From the IMG/VR virus record IMGVR_UViG_3300025648_000012, positions 78,722-142,721 of that record: 64,000 nt of DNA; one strand, 5' to 3'. Each line of letters starts with the position of its first letter. Within the stretch, counting starts at the first letter, position 1. Below the pieces are notes generated by a model. The model searched no databases. It was not told the origin of the DNA and saw only the letters and a list, made by a program, of their open reading frames with translations. Origin of the DNA: a virus. The position numbers and the translations under genes are program-made. Below, in pieces: positions 25,962 to 35,921 of this stretch.

Positions 25962-27365
25962 ATGGCAAAAAGAAAAGAAGAACAGGAACAGTTTGATATT
26001 AGATTAGCGCTTTCAGACTCAGTTGATGATGTTTCAAGAAGGCTAAGTTATGAGGAATCCTCTCTAGAGGCGGTGCCTCCCATGAGTACAGGTATGCTGG
26101 CAATGGACTTGGTTTATGGTGGTGGGTTACGTCCAGGTATGCTTACACACGCAGGGGAAGAACAAACTGCTAAGACTACTGCGCAACTTACAATCATGGC
26201 TTCGGCGATTAAGCATGACATACCTTTAATTGCTTTTTCTGACTATGAAGGGAGCACTCGTTCAAGCAAAAATTATGTCCATGAGATTCTAAAAAATGTT
26301 GGTGTTAAAATGAACATGGACGAAGTATTTGGTAAAAAAGACGACCAGGGTAAGTGGGTTGTAACTCCAAGGGTTCGTTATAGAGCTGAAGCAATTTTAG
26401 AAAAATTTTACGATTGGCTGCACTCTATACTACAAATTCTGCCGGATAAACGGTTGGTTGGAAAAAATTGGTGGCTAATCTACGAGGATACCAAAGAAAA
26501 CAAAGCAAAGTATGGGGAGTTTAGTGACCCATCCATGCCAAAAAAGTATGGTAAAGGTATATGGATTCCAGCACAAGATTCTAAACTACAGGCAGTAATT
26601 TGTGTGGATAGCTATGCGGCCATGAACCCCTTAGCCCAAGATGAAGACGAATCCTCCAATGCTTTAGCTGTTGCTGCAAGAGCCTTTGCTAAACAATTAC
26701 CTAGAGTTAAAGGGAGAATGCTTCAAAAAATGGTAGCAGTCATAGGCACTAACTTGTTAGGTGATATTCCTATGGCTATGTATGGCCCTACTCAAAACGA
26801 AAAAGGAGGTAAAGCCCTAAAGGGATTTTCTGATGTACGAGTTTGGTTTACAAAAAGATCCTTATCCGCTCCACCTTTCAATCCAAAACCGGGTAAGAAA
26901 ATATCCAGTGAGATTGAAGCTTCTGTAACTGGAGAAGGAACTGATAGGTATAGGTACATTCATATAAAGGCGGTCAAGAATAAGCTATCTATGCCAAACA
27001 GAGAAGCGTACCTTAGAATATGGGAAGAGGATGGAGAGGGAGTAGCCCGTGGATTAGACCCAGTATTTGATACTATATTTTACCTACGGGAAACAGGGCA
27101 ATTAACCGGTAAGCGTTCCAAGTTCGAGCTGAACCTAGATGGAATTCCAACAAAGAAGTTCGTTACTTGGGAGCAGTTAAAAGGGTGGATACTAAAGGAC
27201 AAAGCGTACAAAGTTGCTCTTTGTAAGCACCTTGGTATTAAAAAGCCTTTTGACATTCGTATATTTTGCTTTAGGCAAATGGAAAAAGGAATTGGAGAAA
27301 AGTTATACATTGCTGCCAATATTGACAAGCATTCAATCAAAAAAGGTGAAGAAGATGACGAATAA
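25962..27365 (+). CDS. RecA/UvsX-like recombinase
   Basis: STGMLAMDLVYGGG, Walker A variant GEEQTAKTT, DYEG, CVDS, GGKALK, VKNK. Confidence 0.88.
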   Translation: MAKRKEEQEQFDIRLALSDSVDDVSRRLSYEESSLEAVPPMSTGMLAMDLVYGGGLRPGMLTHAGEEQTAKTTAQLTIMASAIKHDIPLIAFSDYEGSTRSSKNYVHEILKNVGVKMNMDEVFGKKDDQGKWVVTPRVRYRAEAILEKFYDWLHSILQILPDKRLVGKNWWLIYEDTKENKAKYGEFSDPSMPKKYGKGIWIPAQDSKLQAVICVDSYAAMNPLAQDEDESSNALAVAARAFAKQLPRVKGRMLQKMVAVIGTNLLGDIPMAMYGPTQNEKGGKALKGFSDVRVWFTKRSLSAPPFNPKPGKKISSEIEASVTGEGTDRYRYIHIKAVKNKLSMPNREAYLRIWEEDGEGVARGLDPVFDTIFYLRETGQLTGKRSKFELNLDGIPTKKFVTWEQLKGWILKDKAYKVALCKHLGIKKPFDIRIFCFRQMEKGIGEKLYIAANIDKHSIKKGEEDDE

Positions 27366-27735
27366 CCCTTCAAAGGAAGCAGTAGGCGTTCTAATACCGT
27401 GCTCCACTTTACTTTCAGTACTTCATGTAGATTGGCAAAATGAACTACCTCAAGATAGAGCGGGGTATAAACTATTCAAGGAAAATCTTTTATCCTATGT
27501 ACTATATTCAACTTCCTGCAAGTTGTTTGATAAAGATGGAAACGAATTCAATGTACGGGAAGACCAGTGGCTACAAGTTATTAGAGGTGAGTACAAAGTC
27601 CTAAGTAGGTTAGATAAGATTAAAAAATACGGAGACTTTTCTTCTGCTCGACTTGTGTACTATAATGAGGAAGATAATGAATCTTTTATCCTTAAAGAAG
27701 GAGATGAAAAGAATGGTACTCAACATTTACTCTAA
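27355..27735 (+). CDS. Hypothetical protein
   Basis: ATG 27355 overlaps the end of recA. Confidence 0.55.
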   Translation: MTNNPSKEAVGVLIPCSTLLSVLHVDWQNELPQDRAGYKLFKENLLSYVLYSTSCKLFDKDGNEFNVREDQWLQVIRGEYKVLSRLDKIKKYGDFSSARLVYYNEEDNESFILKEGDEKNGTQHLL

Positions 27736-28177
27736 ATCTGGAGAAATTCCTACCTACGCTCATGCAACTGATTCTGGAATGGACTTAAAAGCCTTTTCCA
27801 GTACTGAAAACTCATGGACTATTCACCCTAACCAAGTAACTATAATTCCAACTGGAGTTTTTATTGCATTACCTCCAGGCTACGAAGCTCAAATTAGGTC
27901 TAGATCAGGACTTGCTGCAAAGTATGGAGTATTTGTTGTAAACAGTCCTGGTACAATAGACGAAGGGTACAGAGGGGAACTACAAGTCATACTGACTAAG
28001 GTAGGTAATGCAAACTTTGAGGAAGAGTATGTAGTGAATACCGGAGATAAAATTGCTCAATTAGTAATTGCTCCTGTCTCTAAACTTGGAGTAGTCCTTA
28101 TGAAAAACCAGCACGAGTTTGAAAAACTACCTCAAACAACAAGAATGGCTGGTGGATTAGGTTCTACTGGAAGATGA
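27713..28177 (+). CDS. dut: Trimeric dUTPase
   Basis: SGMDL, RSRSG, GTIDEGYRGE, KIAQL and RMAGGLGSTG (all five motifs). Confidence 0.95.
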   Translation: MVLNIYSKSGEIPTYAHATDSGMDLKAFSSTENSWTIHPNQVTIIPTGVFIALPPGYEAQIRSRSGLAAKYGVFVVNSPGTIDEGYRGELQVILTKVGNANFEEEYVVNTGDKIAQLVIAPVSKLGVVLMKNQHEFEKLPQTTRMAGGLGSTGR

Positions 28178-28181
28178 AACT

Positions 28182-28823
28182 ATGGACCTTAATTTAACAT
28201 ACGCGACTGCTGCAAATAGTAGCGTTGTTCCTACTCCAAGCACGCCTTCTCTAGAAAGGATAGCTAAACGTAAAAACAGAACTTCTAGATTTTGGGATAC
28301 AGTTGATTACTGGGAGCCTAATAAAGAAATTTCAAAAAAGGCTGCGCTCATTACTATTGACAAGTTAGTTGTCGATTTGTTACCCAAGTATAAGGGAATT
28401 ACAAAACTAGCTAAGGATAATTCCCTTGTTATTACGAATTTTATCTTAACGGAGCTTGCACCTTTAACTTTAGCAATTAGCCCAGCAGTAACTCAGTGCA
28501 AAGAAATTCTTAACCGTACTCTTAAAACAGACGAGGATAACTCTCCTTCCCTTGATACCTCCGTTTTAGATCAAGTATACTTCATGTCGAACGAAGCAGT
28601 TAAAATTCGTTTAAGAAGGTTTATTGCTAAGTTGTATTCTCTTAAAGAGTTTGACTTGGTTAAAGAACCTGACGTACTTGATAAACTTTCAAGGTCAATA
28701 AGTAAACCAATAGTTGAGGCTATTACAAATAAAACCTCAGGTAAAAATGAACTCAAAGAAGCATTAGATCATTTAGAAAAAATGCAAGGAGTAAACAAAC
28801 AGAGGAAGACTCATGCTAGGTAA
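28182..28823 (+). CDS. Hypothetical protein upstream of TerL
   Basis: 213-aa helical ORF overlapping the terL start. Confidence 0.55.
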   Translation: MDLNLTYATAANSSVVPTPSTPSLERIAKRKNRTSRFWDTVDYWEPNKEISKKAALITIDKLVVDLLPKYKGITKLAKDNSLVITNFILTELAPLTLAISPAVTQCKEILNRTLKTDEDNSPSLDTSVLDQVYFMSNEAVKIRLRRFIAKLYSLKEFDLVKEPDVLDKLSRSISKPIVEAITNKTSGKNELKEALDHLEKMQGVNKQRKTHAR

Positions 28824-30912
28824 ACAAAGAGATAAAAAACTAAAGGGCAAATCTGACTCCAGATTGGCCCTTTTCTCCTTTATTGACTCAGAAGCTCTAC
28901 AGCCTCATGTTGAAGAAAAAAGTAGAGATTTACCCAAACTTGTTAAAAACAACGAAAATTTTGATGTTCGCGCCTACATGGATAGTCTAGTAGACGAGAA
29001 TACAGGTATAATTCGTGACTTAAAAATTGACGATAGAGATTTCCCTTCTGCTAAAAACTTTTTTGACTACTCAACTACCATAATTGGGAATGATGCTAAC
29101 CCTCCTTGGATTGCACAGATGTGGATGTGCGTATTTGCCCTGGGAGAAGTATGCCCAATCTGCAGCTCCAAAAAATGGTCTAACTTTAGATACATTATAG
29201 AGGAAGTAGGTAAACACGTTCCAGCAGAAGCATTAAAAGAACACCTTGTATTCTTGGAGTATGGAATATGTCCTAAGTGCAAAACACATAAGTGGGAACT
29301 CATTAAAAACCACGGACTTAAAAACTATGCTGAATTAGTAGCTGTGTTTGGTCAACGGTCAGGTAAGAGTAGCAGTCTTGCGTTAATGTCGACCTACATA
29401 ACTCATAGATACCTTAAACTACCTCCACTCGGCACCCTAACTAAAGCAATACAGAGGTCTACTCCAATTACTTCCACATTTGTCTCCCTTAATTTTGCTA
29501 AGGCGTATAAGCTTTTGTGGACACCTTATTTACGCATATTGCAGGATTCAAAATGGTGGAATGACTACCATGAATTTCTAAAATACACTTCAAATAGATT
29601 AGGAGTTGAGCTAATAAAGGATAAGGATGTATTTTTGAAATACTTACACCGCAACATGGAATTATACCCAGCTGGGCCTAAAGGCGAAACTCTCCGTGGA
29701 GAAACTAGATTTCAGGCTTCAATAGATGAGTTGGCGTTGTTTCCTCAACCTGCGGGAGATTCAGAAGAAGATGAGGATACAGATAGAGCCAATGCTGATA
29801 AAACTCATACATCCTTAAGTACAAGTCTATCTACTATTCAAGGAGTACACTTAGAACTGTTAAAAAGACACATTGATATTCCTCCTGCTCTCATGTGCGG
29901 AATATCTTCTCCCATGGCTGAAAGAGATAAAGTGTGGAGATTGTTTCAAGATTCACAAACTATTGAAGGTTCAAAAACCATACTTGGAGTAAATGCTGCA
30001 ACTTGGGAAATTAACCCAAACATGGATAGAGAAACATCTCCCATGATAATAAACGCATTTAGACGAAACTCAGTCAATGCAATGCGAGACTATGGTGCAG
30101 TCCCTCCAAAAGTAAACTCTCCGTTTTTAAGCCCAACTAACTTTCCTTACAAACTGTGGACACAACCTCCAACGCACGAGTTAATTCCCATGCTCGATGA
30201 GCCTGGAGTAACTTATGCGAAAGTCCGTAAACTCAATAATGTTTCTTTTCCATCCGTACTTTGTTTAGACGCAGGCAGAACAAACAACTCTTTTGCAGTT
30301 GTAGCTGGTCACTTTGATTTGCATGCTCAAAAGGTCGTTGTAACAACTCTATTAGAGATAAAACCAGTAGAAGGTCGTCCAATTGACTTTAATTTGGTCT
30401 ATAAGAATGTTATACTTCCAATAGCTAAAGATGTCCATGCTACTGCTTGTTTTGCTGACCAATGGCAGGGTGTAGAATTGTTAGATAGACTAAAAGATGA
30501 TATGGGTAAGTATGGAAATGGAAAACCTAAGTGTGGTGTACGAACTTACTCTCCAAAGAGGTTTGACTTTGATACTTTAACAAGTTTACTGACTAACAGC
30601 AACATAAGACTACCCTTCATTAAAAAGGAAGTATACGACGAGACAATACAGTCATTGCACAATATAAAAGTGGAGACAGCATTTCCTTCTCAGCATCTAT
30701 TACTGCAAATGCTAACTATTCGGGATGTAGGTGATACACGTTGCCCAGAAAAAGGTGTTGGTTATACGGATGACTTGTACCGAGCACTTGTGCTGCTAAC
30801 CCGTATATTTGATGAAAAAGTAATGGAACGTTTGAAGACAATTAAAGTAGAATCAACAAGTAATGAGCAGTTAACAGTAAAGCCTATCTATGTTTCTCGT
30901 GGTGGATTATAA
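28813..30912 (+). CDS. terL: Terminase large subunit with N-terminal CxxC...CxxC insert
   Basis: Walker A GQRSGKS, LRG, Walker B SIDE, ISSP coupling motif, nuclease LDAG...TDD. Confidence 0.9.
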   Translation: MLGKQRDKKLKGKSDSRLALFSFIDSEALQPHVEEKSRDLPKLVKNNENFDVRAYMDSLVDENTGIIRDLKIDDRDFPSAKNFFDYSTTIIGNDANPPWIAQMWMCVFALGEVCPICSSKKWSNFRYIIEEVGKHVPAEALKEHLVFLEYGICPKCKTHKWELIKNHGLKNYAELVAVFGQRSGKSSSLALMSTYITHRYLKLPPLGTLTKAIQRSTPITSTFVSLNFAKAYKLLWTPYLRILQDSKWWNDYHEFLKYTSNRLGVELIKDKDVFLKYLHRNMELYPAGPKGETLRGETRFQASIDELALFPQPAGDSEEDEDTDRANADKTHTSLSTSLSTIQGVHLELLKRHIDIPPALMCGISSPMAERDKVWRLFQDSQTIEGSKTILGVNAATWEINPNMDRETSPMIINAFRRNSVNAMRDYGAVPPKVNSPFLSPTNFPYKLWTQPPTHELIPMLDEPGVTYAKVRKLNNVSFPSVLCLDAGRTNNSFAVVAGHFDLHAQKVVVTTLLEIKPVEGRPIDFNLVYKNVILPIAKDVHATACFADQWQGVELLDRLKDDMGKYGNGKPKCGVRTYSPKRFDFDTLTSLLTNSNIRLPFIKKEVYDETIQSLHNIKVETAFPSQHLLLQMLTIRDVGDTRCPEKGVGYTDDLYRALVLLTRIFDEKVMERLKTIKVESTSNEQLTVKPIYVSRGGL

Positions 30913-30917
30913 ATTTG

Positions 30918-30936
30918 AGAACAATTTTAGGTTGAG
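30918..30936 (+). promoter_or_regulatory. Conserved intergenic motif AACAATTTTAGGTTGAG, copy 1
   Basis: The identical 17-mer also occurs at 44440 and 52565, always intergenic and upstream of a start codon. Confidence 0.65.
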
Positions 30937-30948
30937 AGGATTTAACTC

Positions 30949-31179
30949 ATGAAAAGAGAAACTTACAACTCAACCTATTACAAACTTCGTAACTCCATTA
31001 CTAAAAGAGATAAAAACTGTGTTCAATGCGGTGAGAAAGCGAACCACAGGCATCACATCATACCCTTATCACGTGGCGGTACTAACTCTATGGCAAACTT
31101 GATGTTCTTGTGTGAAACTTGCCACCAATCTAAACATAGACACAAGTTTACTAATAAGCGAAAGGTAAAGGCATGTTAG
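30949..31179 (+). CDS. HNH endonuclease
   Basis: CVQCG...HHIIPLSRGGTN...NL..LCETCH..KH. Confidence 0.9.
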   Translation: MKRETYNSTYYKLRNSITKRDKNCVQCGEKANHRHHIIPLSRGGTNSMANLMFLCETCHQSKHRHKFTNKRKVKAC

Positions 31180-31637
31180 TATTAGGATTAGATCCAGGAA
31201 CTAAGAACTTTGGTTTTTCCTTAGTTGAGTTTAAAGGAAAGCCAAATGTGGTTACTACTGGAATGCTCAATTATCCAATTTCTGACTTGGTAAATTACCA
31301 AGAAGGTAAGGAGCTGTTTAAGAAAGAGGTAAAAGCCCTAAGTAAAAATTCAAGTTTAATTGCTGTTGAGCGGTTTCAATCTCGAGGTGGTAAAGCTGGA
31401 AAAACTATTGAGTGTGTTAACATAATGATAGGTTTATTGGATCAGTGCAATAAACCTTTATCCATGTTTTTACCTGCTACTTGGAAAATGGACTTTACTC
31501 GAAGGTTTGGATTCAAGGTTGTAGAAACTTATTCGCATTTTGATTGCAAAAATCACGAAGTTGATGCCTCACTAATTGCAATCTATGCTTACTCCAAGTT
31601 TGTTAAACCGATAGAGTACAACTGGAAGAAAATTTAA
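31173..31637 (+). CDS. ruvC: RuvC-like Holliday junction resolvase
   Basis: LGLDPG, AVERF, PATWK, HEVDA. Confidence 0.85.
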   Translation: MLVLGLDPGTKNFGFSLVEFKGKPNVVTTGMLNYPISDLVNYQEGKELFKKEVKALSKNSSLIAVERFQSRGGKAGKTIECVNIMIGLLDQCNKPLSMFLPATWKMDFTRRFGFKVVETYSHFDCKNHEVDASLIAIYAYSKFVKPIEYNWKKI

Positions 31638-31669
31638 TTAAACATGGGGATTGAAAATGGGGATTGAAA

Positions 31670-32641
31670 ATGGCTAATGCAACATTACTTCCAATAGACT
31701 TTATTACCGCAGGAATTTCACCAACTCTTTCTGTAACTTCTAAAGATGAACCAGAATACCTTAAAGGGTGGGTGGATTCAAACTTGGTAGTTGCAGCCAA
31801 TGAAGTTGCAGGCGGTGGCGGCCTTCCAACTTGGTGGACTAAGCTTAGCGACGAAGAGCAAGAATCCTATTTGGAAGAACATCCTAATTCCAAATATGCG
31901 GATGCAGCGAAATCTCATATTGAGCGACGTAAAGCTGCATCCGTAGTAGCTCCATTAACTCCAGAGCAAAAGTCAGAAGGTAATAGAGTAGTTAAGTTTC
32001 TAAAGACTAAAAAGCAGCATTTGGTTATAGCGGCTAAAGCTCATGCTCTAGAATGGAAACATGCGGGTGGTGCTGTTTCTAGACTAACTACTGGTAAGCC
32101 TTTAGAAGACCACCACAAGGAAGCATTAACTGCAGTCGGTACTGATTTAGCACGCCTTATTATGGCAACAGCTAGCGGTGGAAAGTCAGAAGTGGCTAAG
32201 CTTTTGGGTGAAGGACTGGCTGATCTATGTAAGGACACCTTTATTAAAGTAGCGTTGGGAACTGCAGTTGGACTCAATCCTTCTTCGCATAGAACAACTT
32301 CTGGCTACTTAATGTTAACGTCAAGAGAAAATAAAAACTCAATGGAATCCATTAGCAAAGAACAACTTGAAAGAATAACAGAAAAAACAATTCTTCTTGT
32401 CTTAGAAGAGTTAGAAAAGAAATTTAAGGAGGATACTCCTAAGGAAGTTAAGAAAGCTTTAGAAAAAACAACCAATAAGGCTTTAGTGGTTAAGGCTAAG
32501 ATTGATATGAGCGAAGAAGTTGCAGGTGCTGGTCTTTGTCCTGAGTGCCGTAAGCCAATGGGGACAACACTGGTTGGAGGGCATGAAATGCTGGTTTGCT
32601 ATACGGATAGAATTACGTTACCTAAACCAGACGGGTGTTAA
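31670..32641 (+). CDS. Hypothetical protein with W..L....Q..YL..HPNSK motif and C-terminal zinc ribbon
   Basis: WWTKLSDEEQESYLEEHPNSKY and CPECRKPM...CYTDR. Confidence 0.65.
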   Translation: MANATLLPIDFITAGISPTLSVTSKDEPEYLKGWVDSNLVVAANEVAGGGGLPTWWTKLSDEEQESYLEEHPNSKYADAAKSHIERRKAASVVAPLTPEQKSEGNRVVKFLKTKKQHLVIAAKAHALEWKHAGGAVSRLTTGKPLEDHHKEALTAVGTDLARLIMATASGGKSEVAKLLGEGLADLCKDTFIKVALGTAVGLNPSSHRTTSGYLMLTSRENKNSMESISKEQLERITEKTILLVLEELEKKFKEDTPKEVKKALEKTTNKALVVKAKIDMSEEVAGAGLCPECRKPMGTTLVGGHEMLVCYTDRITLPKPDGC

Positions 32642-33215
32642 GTTGGGAATTAAAAAAACAAAACCCAGTAGAGCTTTAGTTAAGGTTAGTAAACGAGAAC
32701 CTAAAAAGTTAAGCAAAAAGCTATCTAAAGTTAGTGAAAAGTTATCTTCTATATTGGGGGATAGCTCGGAAAACATATTAGGTTTGCTTGAAGCTAACAA
32801 TTCTGAGTCGGCATCAAACTTAATACTAACAAAACTGATGCAGTCTTTAGTTGATACAATCCCCTATGCTGAAAATAATGTAAGAAAAACTCGGGGTCAA
32901 AAGGGAGTTTATCAGTTAAATTCGTTAGTTCAATCCTTGCGAGAACTAATGATTGATATGCAAGCAGTGAGGGACAAGGGACTACTTGGTGAACGCCTAG
33001 TTGAAAAAATTATTAGACCAGCTTTTATGGACATAGGTAAAACTTTGGTTGAAGAAGATGATAGAATGTACCGAGAATTAAGAGACCAGTTTGATTCAGA
33101 AGCAGTAACAGCAATTCGTAAACTTCAAAAAGAGTCGATTGCAAGAATTGCTGAGTTTATGAACCGTCAATATAGTGAAGTTAAAGAAGGTACTATTGCC
33201 TTCATTCAAAACTAA
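32520..33215 (+). CDS. Hypothetical helical protein (true start probably near 32637)
   Basis: Long ORF whose first 40 or so codons overlap the upstream gene. Confidence 0.55.
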   Translation: MQVLVFVLSAVSQWGQHWLEGMKCWFAIRIELRYLNQTGVKLGIKKTKPSRALVKVSKREPKKLSKKLSKVSEKLSSILGDSSENILGLLEANNSESASNLILTKLMQSLVDTIPYAENNVRKTRGQKGVYQLNSLVQSLRELMIDMQAVRDKGLLGERLVEKIIRPAFMDIGKTLVEEDDRMYRELRDQFDSEAVTAIRKLQKESIARIAEFMNRQYSEVKEGTIAFIQN

Positions 33216-33223
33216 GGCGTAAA

Positions 33224-33823
33224 ATGAAGTTAACTCATTGGCTTAAAAGTTCAAAAATAGCAGAAGAAAAAGTTTCAGATAATTCTCCAATCTATGTATA
33301 CCGAGAATTGCTTAATGTGGATCAATTGTCGGTGTGGGCTAAACAGCAAGGATTCTCTACTCTCTGTCAAAACTTGCACACTACAGTTGCTTGCTCTAAG
33401 ACTCCAGTTTCTTGGAAAAGTATTAAGTTAGACAAAGACCAGGTATGGGTTACGTCTTCCATTGTTTCTCAATCTCTTAATTGTTCTCTAGTTATTTTAG
33501 ACGACTTAGTATTAGAGGAAAGACAAAAGGAGTTTGCGAAACTTGGAGTAGAAGACTACGGGACTTCCATGACACTGTCCTTAGAGACAAAAGCACAAGG
33601 AGCAGTTCTTCCATTTGCCTTAAAATTTGGAGGAGAAAAAGTTCGCTCATATACTATTGTACCTGCAGAACACCTTAATGCTTTTACTGAATTAGTTGGA
33701 GTTAAGCCTAGATTAAGTCATTGGTTCAAAACTTTAACCCAAGAACAAAAAGATGAATACTTAAAAACCCATCCAAACTCGAAGCTTTCTGTTTGGAACT
33801 TGCACTCCAAAGATGCAAAGTAA
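33224..33823 (+). CDS. Acb1/gp57B-like 2H phosphoesterase-fold protein with a degenerate second motif
   Basis: IYVYRELLN...WAKQQGF...LHTTVACSKTPVSW...LKFGGE. The expected second HxT reads S-M-T. Confidence 0.65.
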   Translation: MKLTHWLKSSKIAEEKVSDNSPIYVYRELLNVDQLSVWAKQQGFSTLCQNLHTTVACSKTPVSWKSIKLDKDQVWVTSSIVSQSLNCSLVILDDLVLEERQKEFAKLGVEDYGTSMTLSLETKAQGAVLPFALKFGGEKVRSYTIVPAEHLNAFTELVGVKPRLSHWFKTLTQEQKDEYLKTHPNSKLSVWNLHSKDAK

Positions 33824-34265
33824 ACGGCTAGTAAGAGCAGAAGTTGCACCGTTTATTGTTAACCGGTTAAAGAAACAATTCACTAAAAAGAAAATGGCTG
33901 TTTTTAGTGAATTGGGATTAAACAAAAGGGGTAGATTACGGGCAGATATACTTGCGTTATCCATGTCCTCAATCATAACAATAGTGGAAGTAAAAAGTAG
34001 TGAAGCTGACTTTAAGGCGGATAATAAATGGGAACTCTACTTACCATTTTGTAACCGTTTTTACTTTGCTGTACCAGAAGGCCTTAAACTTAATGTACCC
34101 AAGGGAATTGGAATAATTGCGGTGAATACTACTGGGAAAATGAGAGTAATTCAAAAATGCAAGTTTCGCTCAATAAAGAGCGAAGAAGTCAAGCAAAACA
34201 TCTTAGTTAGATGTGCATTTAGAAACTCAGATAACAACACGAGAAAAAATAAAGGCAATAGTTAA
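33813..34265 (+). CDS. MmcB-like PD-(D/E)XK endonuclease
   Basis: RADILAL...IVEVKSS.ADFKAD.KW..YL.FCNRFYFAVP. Confidence 0.85.
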   Translation: MQSKRLVRAEVAPFIVNRLKKQFTKKKMAVFSELGLNKRGRLRADILALSMSSIITIVEVKSSEADFKADNKWELYLPFCNRFYFAVPEGLKLNVPKGIGIIAVNTTGKMRVIQKCKFRSIKSEEVKQNILVRCAFRNSDNNTRKNKGNS

Positions 34266-34277
34266 TAGGAAAATACA

Positions 34278-35921
34278 ATGTTCCTTTCAGCAAATACAGT
34301 ATTCAAAAGTTCAGGTCAACCTGCCAAGTTAAATTCTAAAATAAATGCTTCTGTCTTTGCTCAGCCGTTTATGGGCAATCCTTACCAGTATTTTCTTACT
34401 GGTATTATAAACCAGCAGCCTGACATAGATGATACTTTGCAAACTATGCTGTTGCTACGGGATATTTATCAAAATGATAATATCGCTGGGTCTGCAGTTG
34501 ATATGATATCGTCCTTTCCTTTTTCTGATTATGAATTGCGTGGATTAAAGGATAGTGAATTAGAGATTTTTAAGCAGTCATTAGCGCAGATTGATATAGT
34601 AGGGTTGTTAGCTAAAGTTAGCTTAGCCTATATGGTTGATGGATTTTACTGTGGAACCTTATTACTCTCTAAAGATCAAAAACTGGTTCAGGATATTATG
34701 ACGCATGATGCTCTTCAATGCAACATACGGGCAAACATGCTTCAAGCTTCTGACCCAGTTATTCACGTTACAACAAACCAAGATATTCTTGCTTTTTTAA
34801 ATGCAAATACGGAGTACTCAAAGGCCGTAACGGAAAGGTGGCCCTTAACTCTTAAAAATGCCTTGCTATCGGGTCAAATGATTCTTGACCCATTATCTAC
34901 TGTGTATGTACCTAGGTCAGGCTTAACCAACAAACCCTTTCAGTCTTTTTTACAAAGAATTTTACCAATGTATTTATTGGAAAAAGCACTTTATAAAGGT
35001 ACCTATACTGAAGCGGTAAGAAGACAAAGGTCTACTACGCATATTCAAATGGGAGATGATATTTGGACTCCAACTGATGCAGAACTAGCAGCAACTGTTA
35101 ATTTGTTTATGGAGTCAGAAAGAGACCCGCTTGGTGGTTGGGTAGTTACACGGAATGGGGTTAACGTTTCTGAAATAAAGCCAGGTGGAGAATTTTGGAA
35201 ATGGACGGAATTAAGTGACACTTTAACTCCCTACAAACTTCGAGCTTTAGGAATTTCAGAAGCCTTCCTATCTGGTGACGCTTCCTTTGCTTCGGCTGAA
35301 AGTGCATTTTCCGTTTTTCTCGAGACATGCAATTCGCATAGAATGGAAATGACTCGCAATGTAATTACAAATAAAATTTTTCCTCTAATAGCGTTAACTA
35401 ATGATTTAGTTAAAGATGGCAAGCATTTGAACACCTCAAAGGTATCCGCAGTAGAGCTACTAACAGACGTACGGGTTAAAGGACAATTAAAAATACCAGA
35501 AATTCATTGGCATAAACAGTTAACCTCAAAATCAGAAGAGTCGTCTTTTGATATGCTAGAAAAGCTGAGCGAAAAAGGTGTACCAATAGCCATTAAAACT
35601 TGGGCGGCAGCTGCTGGGTATGATATAGACACCCTTATAAAAGATTCAATTGACAATCAAGAATATAAAGCTAGATTTGCAAAACTTGGAATTGGAAACA
35701 ATAACGAAGAGGAGCCACTTTCGACAGAGGCTTCCTTGAAAAAAGTGGGAGTACTAAATAGAGATTGGAATGTAGAAGAGTCAAAAACTCCTAAGAATTT
35801 CGATGTGATGCTATCCTCCATTGCATCAAAAATGAACGGGGACCCTGAATATAGGGCTAAAGTAAGAAAATCAAATATGGAAAAGTTTGGATACTTCAAA
35901 CTTAATTCAACCAATGTTTAG
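34278..35921 (+). CDS. Portal protein (putative)
   Basis: 547 aa in the packaging module. RDIY..D.IAG..VD near the N-terminus and LRALGISEAFLSG.AS.ASA near the C-terminus. Confidence 0.75.
   Translation: MFLSANTVFKSSGQPAKLNSKINASVFAQPFMGNPYQYFLTGIINQQPDIDDTLQTMLLLRDIYQNDNIAGSAVDMISSFPFSDYELRGLKDSELEIFKQSLAQIDIVGLLAKVSLAYMVDGFYCGTLLLSKDQKLVQDIMTHDALQCNIRANMLQASDPVIHVTTNQDILAFLNANTEYSKAVTERWPLTLKNALLSGQMILDPLSTVYVPRSGLTNKPFQSFLQRILPMYLLEKALYKGTYTEAVRRQRSTTHIQMGDDIWTPTDAELAATVNLFMESERDPLGGWVVTRNGVNVSEIKPGGEFWKWTELSDTLTPYKLRALGISEAFLSGDASFASAESAFSVFLETCNSHRMEMTRNVITNKIFPLIALTNDLVKDGKHLNTSKVSAVELLTDVRVKGQLKIPEIHWHKQLTSKSEESSFDMLEKLSEKGVPIAIKTWAAAAGYDIDTLIKDSIDNQEYKARFAKLGIGNNNEEEPLSTEASLKKVGVLNRDWNVEESKTPKNFDVMLSSIASKMNGDPEYRAKVRKSNMEKFGYFKLNSTNV

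Noticed and set aside
9202-30912. Inteins or introns in helicases, recA or terL
   Set aside because: Protein lengths are normal and no C-x...HN-(C/S/T) intein ends or split motifs were seen.
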